In this document: one piece after another, positions 12,496 through 26,166 of the stretch | How the letters are laid out: the number at the start of each line of letters is the position of its first letter | How positions within the stretch are numbered: position 1 is the first letter of the stretch | DNA from: Octopus sinensis | Taxonomy: Eukaryota | DNA length: 64,000 nucleotides | Direction of reading: 5' to 3' | NCBI RefSeq assembly: GCF_006345805.1 | Contig: NC_042999.1 | Location: forward strand, 76,694,001-76,758,000 | Notes under the pieces: model-generated | What the model saw: only the letters and a program-made list of their open reading frames with translations | What the model was told of the DNA's origin: nothing | Database searches by the model: none | Translations under genes and position numbers: made by a program

Positions 12496-13312
12496 ACAAT
12501 AATAATAATAATCATACATACATGCATGTGTGTTAGTGTGTGTGAGTGTGTGTGTGTGCATGTGTAAAGGAGATACAGATAGGAGACTTCCTGTTGTAAG
12601 GCAGATGCAAAGTAAAATAAAAAATAAATAATGGAAGAATGTTTGGAAAGGAAATAAAAATAAACCTTATCTCCCCAAAAGACATATCTCTTTAGAATTA
12701 ATTAAACAAAACTGATGAGCTACTTAATAAGATGTGAACCATGTGCCTGGTGAGGAAATCTTATCCAGCTGCTGCTCAGTAGAAATATACAAACATCAAC
12801 ATTAAAAATATATATATATAGTATAAGACATTAGCGCAGGATGCCTCTAAGATAACAATTAGTACCCGATATCATCATTACCATCATTATTGTCATATCA
12901 TTATCATTATCATCATCGTTATCAATATTAACCACCACACAACCACCACCAAATCGTCATTTGCATCATCTTCACCACTACCATCATCATTAATGTGCTA
13001 TCATCATCATCATCATTATTATTATTATTATTATTATTACATTATGGATATAATATACATTTTCGGTTATATTTTCTTTTTATTTACTATCCTACCATTA
13101 TAAAAGATCGTTGGCAGAAAATAACTAAGAGTATGAGCTGTTCCAAGGAGAGAGGTTTTCTGGAGCCCTTACATGTCTGTCTTGATATCCAACTGTGCCA
13201 GGGAGTACAATACGCTTTTGCTGAGATTTTTATTTGTTTTTCTTTTAATTGACCTGATCAATGTAATTGTCTCGCTTCGTCAACTTGCCCAAATTGCAGG
13301 CCCTGTGCTAAA

Positions 13313-13354
<42 letters not shown>

Positions 13355-13360
13355 GTTATT

Positions 13361-13690
13361 CCAAGTTTTGGCACAAGGTCAGCAATTTTAGGGGAAGGCG
13401 TAAGTCGATTACATCGACCCCAGTGCTCAACTGGTACTTATTTAATCGAACCCGAAAGGACTGAAAGGTGAATCAACCTCCGCTCAATTTGGACTCAGAA
13501 CGTAAAGACGGACTAAATACCGCTAAGCATTTTGCCCGACGGCATTTCGTCACTTCAAGTTCTGAGTTCAAATTCCGTTGAAGCAGAGAAGGTCTTTCAT
13601 CCTTTCGGGGTCGATAAAACAAGTACCAGTAGAGTACTGGAGTCGATATAATCGAGTAGCCCTTCGTGCAAAATTTCAGGCCTTGTGATT
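13361..13690. mobile_element. Head-to-head pair of SINE family B copies
   Basis: Minus copy 13361-13540 abuts plus copy 13541-13690. Confidence 0.75.
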
Positions 13691-13693
13691 ATT

Positions 13694-13745
<52 letters not shown>

Positions 13746-13861
13746 CAGCAGCAGCAGCAGCAGCAGTGGTAGCAGTAGCAGCAGCAACAGCATTAGTAGT
13801 AGCATTAGTAGTAGCAGCAGCAGCAGCAGTGGTAGCAGTAGCAGCAGCAACAGCAGTAGTG

Positions 13862-13898
<37 letters not shown>

Positions 13899-13955
13899 CA
13901 GCAGTAGCAGCAGCGGCAGCAGCAGTAGCAGCAGCAGCAGCAGTAGTAGTAGTCA
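13690..13955. repeat. (GTA)n/(GCA)n mosaic with internal duplication
   Basis: Direct reading. Confidence 0.95.
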
Positions 13956-13964
13956 TGAATATTC

Positions 13965-14700
13965 AGAACTAAAAATTTCGGCCAGGTCAACTCTTCCTTT
14001 CATCTCTGTGGTCAATAAAATAAAATACCAACCAAGTACTGAGGTCGATATTATCGACTTAATCTTCGCAAACCCCATGTTTCAGGACCTCTATCTCTGC
14101 TAGAAACAATTATTAGAAAGGAATATCGGCAGCATGGTCTGGCTGGGGTCAACTTTACCTTTCATCCTTCTTGTGGGAAGGGCAGCATTCAATAAAATAA
14201 GCACCAGTCAAGTAATGAAGTCGATATTGACTGTTACTTCCCTAAAAATATGGTGGCCTTTTTTTCCTATGTTAGAAATCATTTGCTTTGTAATTATTTT
14301 TATAATGGTAGCGGACTGACAGAATCGTTAACACATCGGATAAAACGCTTTGTGATATTTGTTCTGGCTTTTTAAGTCTGAGTTCAAATTCCGCCGAGGC
14401 TAACTTTGTCTTTCATCCTTCTGAAGTCGAAAACATAATCTACTAGTCAAGTATTGCACTCAATAAAATAAACAACTAATCAACTAATTTTAGTGGCCAA
14501 CCCTTCCCTTTCCACGTGTGATCTTCAGCCTATTTAAGAAATTAGTATTATTTATAATATCACTAGAGACGTAAGATCCGGACTAAATGTTTTACGTACA
14601 AACCCAATTAAAATCAATTTTGATCTTTTTATACTTTCGTGGTTGATCAAATAACTATCAGTAAAACACAATGTTAAGCTCAATTGACTATTTTCATCTG
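13965..14700 (+). mobile_element. Run of degenerate SINE family B fragments
   Basis: Repeated ttcatcctt..gtcgata..agtacc motifs near 13990, 14160, 14410 and 14630. Confidence 0.6.
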
Positions 14701-14849
14701 CTCTGTATTAATAGAGAACTGTGCCAAAGAAAGAAATTGATACCTATACACAAAACAAATGTTGGCAGTTGACGAGTACAGTTGTTTGATTCCATCGCTG
14801 CATCTTACTGGTAGTTATTTTGCCAGCTCTGTAAAGATAGTTTATGAAT

Positions 14850-15135
14850 ACGGAACATCTTTCGGATGAGATGGTAACACAGACAAATAAAACCTTGTGG
14901 GAACAAGCGAGCCAGCAAACTATCGAAATTTAGATCAAGAAGAGGAAACGGAGAATCGTGATGGAGCAAAAGCAACACAGAAAAAGTTCACAGAAACTGA
15001 AGCACTGGCATGCGACTATATATAGAAACAACTGCATTTCATTGCCAAAGATCGCGACAGATGGTGCTCTCTCGTGGGCGTCTTATCTTCTATATGGAGA
15101 CAATAGAATTAAAGAAAGAAGAAAGAAGTAGAAAT
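14850..15135 (+). mobile_element. RTE-clade LINE 3' end
   Basis: IAKDRDRWCSLVGVLS at 15041 matches the RTE C-terminal QDR..W..LV motif; short GAA-rich tail. Confidence 0.65.
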
Positions 15136-15552
15136 GAGATAGTTGATACAAAGGGAATTTTAGAATGTAAAGTCTAGGAAACGCATGGTTTAAACGCTGT
15201 AAAATATTTTATTCAGTATCTGTACAGATTCTGCCAATTTTGCTGTAATTCTATTCCTTACATCGTTTTAACATATAATCGATTAACCACTATATGTCGG
15301 CGTATGCAGTATGGTTCTCAGTTCTGTGGCACTATGATGTATATATGGGACAAAAGTTCTATATTGTCATTCGACTGATTATATATGTACCATAGGTCAG
15401 AACTGGCCCCGGTTACACAACAACAATTACAACAACGCTATTAAAACAAAAGTCTGGCTTAGACAACCTATAATGCAAAATAGAAAATGGACTGGTAGCT
15501 GTAGATATCAAGCCGTCATAACAAATTCCATATTACCAACGAGACTGAGCAG

Positions 15553-15610
15553 ATACGACAGAAAGTGACGGGAGCAGGTTAGAGGACAAGGAGCGAGCGA
15601 GACAAGGAAG
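15553..15610 (+). CDS. Candidate exon of gene 1, (D)TTESDGSRLEDKERARQG(S)
   Basis: Only open frame, phase 1 to 2; donor gaag|gtagcc; acceptor weak (gactgagcag|). Confidence 0.4.
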
Positions 15611-16038
15611 GTAGCCATCATTTTCACTGCATATTTCTGTCATAGAAATCCTCTCATGTGAGAAATATATTCTTATAACTTGGAATTCTGGAGAAGATTT
15701 ATTATTGAATTTCGCAGATTTAGGAAGTAGGAACAAAACGTGTGTTTACCACCGTAGTAGTATATTAATAGTTATCTCTGTAGGTTGATAATGGAATCAG
15801 ATCATGCGCACAATAATGGTGAAGAGCGCTACATACGCACAAACACATACATAGCATATATATATATGAGCAGTAAAAGCGTCTGCGTGCAAGTGTAAAT
15901 ATTCGAAAGGAGTTTTATATAAAATATGTGCATATTAACTATGTCTATGTGTTACAACACATAGACATACTCACACACACACATATGTATGTATATACAT
16001 ATATATATATATATATACATGTATATATATATATATGC

Positions 16039-16070
<32 letters not shown>

Positions 16071-16093
16071 GTATATATATATAAACATGTATA

Positions 16094-16131
<38 letters not shown>

Positions 16132-16140
16132 TGTGTGGAT

Positions 16141-16287
16141 GTGTTGTAAGAAGCTTGCTTCCCAACCACATGGTTCCGGGTTCATTACTACTGCATGGCA
16201 CCTTGAACAAGTGTCTTCTACTATAGCCTCATGCCGACCAAAGCCTTGTAAGTGGATTTGGTAGTCGGAAACTCAAAGAAGACCGTC

Positions 16288-16354
<67 letters not shown>

Positions 16355-16448
16355 CTAAATTATAATTTTAATAATAATTATTACCTTTGAAGGTTTTTAT
16401 TCCCATGCTGGCCACCTGATAAGATCCGTATTTACAAAACGATCTTAT

Positions 16449-16497
<49 letters not shown>

Positions 16498-16719
16498 CAT
16501 CCATACATGTATGTTAGTGTCCGTGTTTGTCCCCACGCCATCTCTTGACAGCCGATGGTGGTGTGTGTTTGTCCTCGCAACTTAACGGTTTGCCAAAAAT
16601 ACCCGATGGAATAAATACTAGACTTACATAGAATAAGTCCAGTGATCGATTTGTTCGACTAAAACCCCTTAAGGCGGTGTTCCAGCATGGCCGCAGTCAA
16701 ATGACTGAAACAAGTAAAA
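16141..16719 (+). mobile_element. SINE family A, near full length
   Basis: Same head and tail as 5574; internal (TA)n interrupted by about 100 bp of unique sequence. Confidence 0.85.
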
Positions 16720-16799
16720 TTATAACAGAATAAAATAATATATAAACATGTATATAAATGTGTGTGTACGCGCACGTGTGCGTACACACACGCACGTAT

Positions 16800-16935
16800 A
16801 TATCTTTCACTTTTTGAGGGATTGTACAGCGGCCATACTGGAGTTTTAGTCGAATGACTCGATTCTTGTACTTTTTTTATTAAGTTTGGTTCTCATTCTA
16901 ACGGTTTTTAGCTGAACCGCTAAGTTACGAAGATC
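16800..16935 (-). mobile_element. SINE family A-related 3' fragment
   Basis: Reverse complement of gcggccatactggag..tagtcga..gaaccgctaagttacg. Confidence 0.6.
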
Positions 16936-17009
16936 AAGCGCGCACTCACACATATACATTTATATACGAGAAGCCCCTGTGGTTGAAAATTAACTTTTTA
17001 ACCATACAG

Positions 17010-17047
<38 letters not shown>

Positions 17048-17585
17048 CGATTTACAAACAAGAGAAATAGGACTCGCTATGTAGAAATGAAAATTATTTC
17101 CTATTTAGCTGTGAAGCAACACATCACTAACAGCTTTACAGTTTAATGGTAGGCATTTAGGCTTAACAGAATCAGTTTAGTTTTGTCTTATAAATGCTGC
17201 ACATGAAAATCTAAACTGGTTTAGTTTTAGTCTGATAATTTCGAAGCGCGAAATTCTAGATGACTGAGTCACTTATAAAACTGTAACACTAATTCATTAA
17301 AAAAATGTATTTATATATGTATACACATACAGGCCCATACGAATGAGTATGTGTGTGTGTGTGTGTGTGTGAGCGAGAGAGAGAGAGAGAGAGAGAGAGA
17401 TTGTGTAGGTACCGTGTATAGTTGAATATTAGGTTAAATAACCGCTCCGTGCTTTTTAACACAGTATGAGCTATGAGTTTACTGGAAAAGGTTTGACAGT
17501 AGCATCGAATACACAACATTTTGCCGTCGTCAGAATGATACATGGGCGTGTGTTTGAGTGTTTGGTTGTGTGTGTGTGCATGGTT

Positions 17586-17624
<39 letters not shown>

Positions 17625-17628
<4 letters not shown>

Positions 17629-17815
17629 AACAAACATGAAAACACAGAGAGAAAACACAACAACGCGAGGACGTGGAACAAGTATAGTGTTATTGGACAC
17701 TCAGGAAAGGAAAGAAAGAAGGAGGATGTAACGTTTCGAGCGGAGCTCTTCGTCAGAAACATAGGAAAAGGAAAGAACCAAGGAAGGGAAGACGGAGGAA
17801 AAAAATCGCCAACGA
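17625..17815 (-). mobile_element. Penelope pLTR-like repeat carrying a hammerhead core
   Basis: Contains the hammerhead at 17724-17762 and is bounded by (TA)n/(CA)n on both sides; assignment to Penelope is inference. Confidence 0.55.
17724..17762 (-). ncRNA. Minimal hammerhead ribozyme motif
   Basis: Minus strand CTGACGA-A-GAGC-tcc-GCTC-GAAAC-GTTA: intact core, 4-bp stem II, palindromic AACGTT stem III; stem I weak in this copy. Confidence 0.7.
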
Positions 17816-17856
17816 TACACACACACGGTTACATAATATATATATATATGTATATA

Positions 17857-17952
<96 letters not shown>

Positions 17953-18289
17953 TGCATACACACACATAGATAGATAGATAAATAGATAGATATAGTATCA
18001 ACAATGATTTAACGTTGATAGTTCGTAAATAGGCAGGTGTAGTAACAGAGCTTGATAAGATGAAACTTTTATCATATAATACCATGGCAGGAGTAGAAAT
18101 AGTGAGCTGAAGAAGTAAGCAAAATAAATGTGGAAGAAGGGTTGGAAGGACCAATAATTCCTAAGACTGTTGTGTACTCAAATTTACAAACTTATAAGTC
18201 CATTAGTTTGGATAAGTACGCATACAACAAAGAGAAGTGAAGTCCGACGTTTCGGATTTGACTCTTTATCCGAGAGAAAAGTGGTTTCA

Positions 18290-18680
18290 TTTGAGTGAAA
18301 TAGTACTAAAACGTGCTGGAGAAAACAGGTGTAACTCACATGAAGTGAGCGTAGATAATAAGAAAATTTAAAGAGTATCAACAAATTGACTTATTCTATT
18401 ATCGGAAGAGAGTCCTGTGTTTGTGTTAGAAGTGGTTATAATTGTAGGGACGTGTAATGGGAGGCCAAGAGACACAGCTGACAAAGTTTAATGTATATAA
18501 AATTATGCTCCTTATTGCAAACTGTAGTAAGTGTAGAAGAGACTGAGAGGTGAGACAGCACGTTTCCGTATCAGATTCTGAAGTACGTTGAGGATGATTA
18601 ACATTTAATTTGGATATCTATGTGAATCGACGGTAGGAATTTTGTTGCATGGATTCCGACACATTCACAAAAAGAACATT
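18290..18680 (-). mobile_element. Degraded CR1/L2/Jockey-type LINE 3' end
   Basis: Minus-strand SLFYTYYSL-like remnant; an adjacent decayed hammerhead-like string ends in ccgaaacgtc (18249-18280). Confidence 0.35.
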
Positions 18681-18809
18681 GTACATTTCAACAGAAGAGA
18701 ACATTGAGAAGTTTAACGTTTACACTTGTAAAGCAAAATAGCCCATATGTGTATGTATGTGTGTGTGTGTGTGTGTGTGTATTCTTGTGGGTGTGTAGCG
18801 ATAGTACTA

Positions 18810-18948
18810 CTGATAGATAGATAGATAGATACATACATACATACATACATACATACATACATACATACATACATACATACATACATACATAGATGACAGA
18901 CAGACAGACAGACAGACAGATAGATAGATAGATAGATAGATACATACA

Positions 18949-18982
<34 letters not shown>

Positions 18983-19036
18983 CATACATATATACATACA
19001 TACATAGATGACAGACAGACAGACAGACAGACAGAC

Positions 19037-19095
<59 letters not shown>
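18810..19095. repeat. Tetranucleotide mosaic (GATA)(CATA)(GACA), duplicated block
   Basis: Direct reading. Confidence 0.95.
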
Positions 19096-19135
19096 ATTAC
19101 TGTATTCTCTCTGTAACCCCATTTCTTTCTTTGTC

Positions 19136-19170
<35 letters not shown>

Positions 19171-19986
19171 TTCTCCCAAATTTTCTACCACAGCTAACAA
19201 CTGTCTATGTACCTTACAGCTGACTGCATTCGTACCACTTCAGTCATTCTCGATTTATTCGTCTCTACTCCTCTCATTAAGCATACTGTACGCAAAAGTC
19301 CGGGACCCACACTAATTTCTACACCCAGTATTTCTTGCTCGGGACTTTAGCCCTCTAAAATTCCCTGCAACAGTCAACTTGCAACAGTTGATGCCGAATG
19401 TTCAAGACATCGATGTTCATGGTTTCGGAAGGGTTGGGAAGGTTAAAATCATAGCATTTTCTCCAAACCATATTAATATAAATACAAAAGACAGACAAAT
19501 AGACAGACGGACGGACGGACGGACGGATGGACGAACAGACAGACAGACAGACAGACTGATAGATAGATAGATAAAAAATTAGATGTAGAGGGAGACAGAC
19601 AGACTGATAGATAGATAGATAAAAAATTAGATGTAGAGGGAGACAGACAGACAGACAGAAAAATAAATAGATCAAACTTCTCAACTCCTAATTATAGTCA
19701 CACGGCTGCTTAACATCGTTAATTTTATGACGCATAGGTTTGTGATTAAAAGTTTTTCAAAGACATCTTCTCTAGCATCAGACTATCGCTATTTTAAAAG
19801 GAGTAGCTTCTATTGGCCCGGTTTTGTCAATAGATCAATCGATCTGATGAAATTGGAACGAAACATGCAATGGTCGCATTCAACACAAGCATCGCCTGAC
19901 AATGTTGAAGAGAAACACAATTGTGAATGGTATTCTTACATACTTGCAGACTTCTCTGAATTCTGATTGTCTATATGTGTATGTAG

Positions 19987-20029
<43 letters not shown>

Positions 20030-20360
20030 TCTCTGTGTGTGTGGGGGGTGGCTGTGTCTGTGTGTGTACATGTATGATATAGCATAAGAGAAAAAGAGTT
20101 ACATTTACATATATGTATGTATGTTTTTGTATACGCACGCTTACATACACACATATACATATACACACACACAGATAAAGACTGCTGCATATGATGCATA
20201 AATGTATATACATATGTGCATATGTGAGTGAGTGCGTGGGTGAGTGTTGTATATATATATATATAGACACCAATATATGTGTATGTAATATACGTATGTG
20301 TGTATGAGTGTATATATCAATATATATATATATATATATATATATGAGTGTATATATCAG

Positions 20361-20401
<41 letters not shown>

Positions 20402-20609
20402 ATATATATATATATCACTGCATCCTTTCTATGCCATACTGCTGAGTTTTCTTATATGCCCGCACATGTTCACACATACCATCATGTAAAACAGCAAACA
20501 ATCAAACACTTCGGGGTTATTGGAATCTTTATTCTACTGAAGAAATGATAGGATATCAAAGGTGAAAGATTGATTTACAGAACGTCAAAACCTTTGGGCG
20601 TACATTCTT

Positions 20610-20845
20610 ACAAACACACACATAAACACACACACACACATACATACATACATACATACATACATACATACAAACATACATACATACACACACATATACA
20701 CACACACATACGCACACACATACGCACACACATACGCACACACATACGCACGCACACACACACAACACACACACACACCTGCATACATACATACATACAT
20801 ACATACATACATACATACATACATACATACATACATACATACATA
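20610..20845. repeat. (CATA)n/(CA)n with 12-bp cacacatacgca units
   Basis: Direct reading. Confidence 0.9.
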
Positions 20846-20859
20846 CCTGTTTATTTTTG

Positions 20860-22300
20860 TTTTCTTGCTGTCATTGGAGTTTTTAGTTTATTTCGATCTG
20901 CTGCTGCTCAATCGTAAAACTTTGCTAAGATATTATAAACTGGAGTCTTGCTTTTCAGCTATTCGTCTTTTACACTTTAAGAAAGCCTTATTCATGTTTG
21001 TTGTCCCAGACATCGTGATCATTGAGTGAATTATGGAGCCTTGTTTCTTCAAAAGTCCACGTTCAATCACATTTTGATCCACGCACGACGTTACATAAAT
21101 TTTCTTTGTCCTTGCTTATATTTTGTCATTCCATACTCTATCAGCTCGGTTACGCTTTAATTAGGTTACACATATCTCTATCAACTGATCTTTTGTGTGC
21201 ATTCGTGCCTGTTGTGTGTGTACGGGATTTTGCAATGTACCTTGGAGAGACATTACTACCAACTTTTATTTCATTTCCTCCCTCAACTTCTATAGCTATA
21301 ATCATGATATATATATATATCTTTTATTTTTGTGCCAGCGAATTTGTAATAAATGTTGCTTTTCTACTTGGAAGTGCCACTACACTTTATAATTTGTTTC
21401 ATATATGAAAATAGATCTAAGCCACAGCCACTCTCCTTTCGTGGAACTTATAATCTTCTTACATTCCCTTGATGTTGAAATTTCCAGTAAATACTAAGCA
21501 GTTTCGAAGTTTTCGTTTAGTCTTTGTAACCAATTCTGAATACCAAATGTCGTTGTAAGCGACATTCTTGTAGTAAACAGAGAATTCATACTACTATATT
21601 TTCTTTTATTCGCTTAAGGCATTCATTTCATGTCCTCATCCTGAATAATGGATGCATCAACCTTGACGTTCTCGTGTTTTTCCTTCTTTTTTAAAAAAAA
21701 ATAGTTGTAATTCTTTCTTCGTAAAGTATATTACCAAACCACTCATGTTTATTTGTGGGGAGGTCAGAACACAAATTTCCACTCTCTGATTACCAAGAAT
21801 GGACATTTTGGACACGCCAAATTTTATTCTAATGTCAAAATAATGAAATCCGATTACATTTTGATGTGGTTTACACTTGGTCGATACAACTTCAGGTCGT
21901 CTCCGAAGTAAAAGAGAAGTTTCTGGATTCAAATTATTTATTTATATAAACATAATGTTTTCTAAGTGGTGAGATGACGGGTTTATCAAGCGTACAAAGA
22001 ACAGTATTGACAAGGTATCACTTGGCACGATACATTTTTTATAATGTATGTTAGATTTGTATGATTCGTTCTGACCTTTAAGAAGTAAAATGCAGCACTC
22101 AAGCGTTGGCTACTTTTTGTAAAACAACTACCGTCGATATGGAACTTATGTTAAACTTAATTCTTTGATAACCCACCCGTTGTACATCGTCGAATGCTTT
22201 CTGGTATTCTCGTCGCATTACATTCATGTTACAGCGGTTCTTTACTACTTCTTCCGTATCATTTTATAGATTAGTAGTTGCTCTATACTGGTTATAATTC
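20860..22300 (-). mobile_element. Older R4/Dong-clade LINE fragment
   Basis: Minus-strand remnants EYQKAFD, DTLSILF, GDDLKLY, FDIRIKFGVSK, RL*VPRKESGCGL occur in the same order as in the 9745 copy. Confidence 0.75.
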
Positions 22301-22422
22301 CGAATTTTTCCCAATTTGTTCAAGTGTTATAATATAGTTGTTAGAATAATGATTTTGAAGAAGAGATTAGGTACCCATTCTCATACATGATAGTCTAGCC
22401 GGCTAAGGGGTGGTAATTTTAG

Positions 22423-22463
22423 CTTGAGTGGTTTGCTTAATTTTTTAAATGAGAAGATTAAAG
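22423..22463 (+). CDS. Candidate exon of gene 1, (S)LSGLLNFLNEKIK(D)
   Basis: Acceptor taattttag| (alternative in-phase acceptor at 22399), consensus donor aaag|gtaagt, phase 2 to 1. Confidence 0.55.
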
Positions 22464-22664
22464 GTAAGTAAATGCAGCTGGGTAGCCTTAGCGAATTTTT
22501 GCCTGCGTCTTGATTGAATAACTGCACCTCGTTACGATGAATGAAAAGTTTAACTTCACACACATTCATAATGAGATTTAAAGATTCACCTTTTAGGAAA
22601 TGTTCTGCTACTTCATTTACTACAACCAGTTCCTCTTAGTATTTTTGTTTAAGCACGTATCTAT

Positions 22665-22711
<47 letters not shown>

Positions 22712-23106
22712 GCGTGTGTGTGCGTGTGCAGTTTGAATGTTTAAGTAGAAATGTTCTGTATGTGGATCTACCGCTAAAAGCGTCTATAATCTAGTTACAG
22801 TTCCAAATACATAACTGAAGATTAGAGTCGCCATGTTTCATATACATATATGAAGACAAATATCTGTATGTGTGTGTGTGTGTATTTGTGTGTACATACA
22901 CACACATACACACACACACACAGAAATCATACATGTTTATATATAAGCATATGTGTGTGTGCATGCGTGTGTGTGTGTCTGTGTGTGTGTGCATATACAC
23001 GCACACACATTGTCCACAATATTTCTTAAGACATTAAAAAGAAACAAACGCAGCCATGGGATTTCAACCACTCATATAACATGCAGAATGTAATCACGTT
23101 TACCGT

Positions 23107-23430
23107 ATGATGATGATGCTGATGATGCTGATGATGATGATGAGGATGATGAGGATGATGAGGATGATGATGATGCTGATGATGATGATGATGATGATGC
23201 TGATGATAATGATGATGGTGATGATGATGATGCTCATGATGCTGATGCTGATGATGATGCTGATGATGATGCTGATGATGATGATGATGATGATGGTGCT
23301 GATGATGGTGCTGATGATGGTGCTGATGATGATGCTGATGATGATGATGATGGTGCTGATGATGATGCTGATGCTGATGATGATGACGACGACGACGATG
23401 ACGACGACGATAATGATGATGATGATGACA
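23107..23430. repeat. Long (GAT)n with GCT/GGT variants
   Basis: Direct reading. Confidence 0.95.
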
Positions 23431-24259
23431 GCAACAACAAAACCAACAACAGCAGTAACAACAGAAGAAACAACAGCAGCGGAAACAAAATTAACAAATG
23501 TAAACACACATCAACAATGGTAAAAACACGAACTAACAAGTAAACAGTTTGCTTTTTTTTTTCTTTGCCTTTCTCAAACTGAGTTTGTTAAATTGAGGGC
23601 ATTTGAGAGGGAAATATAACATCTGGCTTCAAGTTGACTCTCAATATTGGGTAACTTTCAAGCTGAAGTATATTTATAAAGAAGGAAAGAGAGGAAATAA
23701 AACAGAAAATTCACGTAGAAAAATGGAAAAGGATGAAAGTACGATAAATTGAGCGAGAAGTCTGTTGGCTGAGTAATTGATTGAAACATATGATATATAT
23801 ATATATATATGAATGCAATTTTCGTAAATGATAGAGAAAAACAGGTTATAGTGTTGAAGGAAATGGAATAAAAATGATATATACACGTATAAACACATAC
23901 ACAATGATGCATAATAATTAAAGAAAGATGAGCAAGAAATAAAAGAAAACGAAAAGTAAAGTACTCTAGCAGGGAGAGTGGGGTGGGAGATGATACAGTT
24001 GCGATAGAAAATGGAAGGACAAGAAAGAAAAAAAGGGAGAGAGAGAGTTGGAGGGAGATGGGTGGGTGTTCTAAAGTAAGAAATGCAGAGAGATGTAGTG
24101 TAGCGAGAGGATGGAAAAGAAACACGCAAGAAACTATGTTTAGGATTTTGACTATTAAGATGAGGTGCCACAGACGAGATAAGGCGTGAGGGAAGAGAAT
24201 GTGAATGTGTGTACTTAAGCAAAGATAAATAATGATAGTAATGATGATGGCTAAGAGGA

Positions 24260-24660
24260 AGAAAATGAAGAAGAAGAAGGAGAAGAAGAAGAAGAAGAAG
24301 AAGAAGAAGAAGAAGAAGAAGAACAACAACAACAACAACAACAACAACAAGTAGAAGAAAATGAAGAAAAGTAGGAGGAGGAGAAGATTAAGAAGGAGGA
24401 GGAGAAGATTAAGAAGAAGAAGAAGAAGAAGAAGAAGGAGATTAAGAAGAAGAAGAAGATTAAGAAGAAGAAGAAGATGATGATGAAGATGAAGAAAACC
24501 AGGAGGAAGGGAGAAGAATGACGTTGACGACTATAAGAAGAAAAACACCAACAAAATGATGATGATGATGATCATGATGATCATCATGATGATCATGATG
24601 ATGATCATGATGATGATGATGGTGATGATGGTGGTGGTGATGATGATGATGACGATAGAC
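24260..24660. repeat. (GAA)n/(CAA)n/(GAT)n mosaic
   Basis: Direct reading. Confidence 0.95.
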
Positions 24661-24922
24661 TATCCCGAGCAAGAGAGAAAGAACAAGTATATAAAAGGTG
24701 TGTGTACAGGTGTATGTGTAAGTAACATAAAGATAGGGACAAAAAGAAAGGGAAAGAGAGGCGGAGACAGTCAAACAGACAGACAAACGGCAAGTGCAGC
24801 AAGAAGACAGACAGAACAAAAATGAAGCAGAAAGAGGATAAAAAAAAAATATATTGATGGCAGATAATTTACAGGAAGAATGTAGCGTTTCTTCAATTAA
24901 AACAGAGACTAAATAAGTATAT

Positions 24923-24954
<32 letters not shown>

Positions 24955-25039
24955 AAACGGAAAGTGGGGAAATAATAGGAAAATATCATGTGCATGTGAA
25001 TACACACACACACACACACAAGCACACGTACACATGCAT

Positions 25040-25046
25040 ATGTATG

Positions 25047-25112
<66 letters not shown>

Positions 25113-25163
25113 TATATATATGCACACACATATATATACATATATATACATACATATATATAC

Positions 25164-25211
<48 letters not shown>

Positions 25212-25430
25212 CATACATATATATATATACATATATATATACATATATATATATACATATATATACATATACATACATATACATATATATATATACATAT
25301 ATATACATATACATACATATACATATATATATATACATATACATATATATATATATATACATATACATACATATACATATATATATACATATACATATAT
25401 ATATATACATATACATACATATACATATAT

Positions 25431-25500
<70 letters not shown>
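25040..25500. repeat. Long (TA)n interrupted by CA
   Basis: Direct reading. Confidence 0.95.
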
Positions 25501-25504
<4 letters not shown>

Positions 25505-26077
25505 GTTAAACATTTATTAATGCGAAATGTTGAAAATATCCTTTTGATGCGGATAGCTAAGGGGAAAAGACACTCAACAACATAACTAAATTATAAAACA
25601 CTGTGTTTGTTTTTGTTTGTTTGTACTTCGGTTTGTATAATTTTTGTTGACGGCGGCCATGCTGCTTAGTTCGAAGTTGATATTTTTAAATCTGAAGTAT
25701 TCTATGAATGAAGAAAAAATTACATTAAAAACAGATTGATGGCTAATGAGGAACATATAAACAAACGCACATACATGCACTCACACACAATCGTATGTAT
25801 CTCCATACACACACACACACACCTTTACCTCTGGAACTATTACAAATATACTGAGATAGCCAACTATACACCAAAATGAACGTGCAGAAACACACACATA
25901 TACAGGTTTATATGCACATATGCATACGTATGCACACGTATATACGTGTTGACAGAGAGATAGACAAACAGACAGAGACAGACAAACAGACAGAGACAGA
26001 CAAACAGACAGAGACAGACAAACAGACAGACAGAGAGGCAGAGAGACAGATAGCTAGCTAGCTAGGTAGATAAATAT

Positions 26078-26164
<87 letters not shown>

Positions 26165-26166
<2 letters not shown>

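Noticed and set aside
12680-12760. Strong donor ctg|gtgagg
   Set aside because: All frames from the nearest good acceptor contain stops.
23107-23523. Poly-Met ORF
   Set aside because: (GAT)n tract read in the ATG frame; no splice or homology support.
24460-25513. Longest track ORFs (up to 318 aa of YI/MY repeats) and similar ORFs across the window
   Set aside because: Translations of (TA)n, (CA)n, (GAT)n and related microsatellites, which lack stops in several frames.
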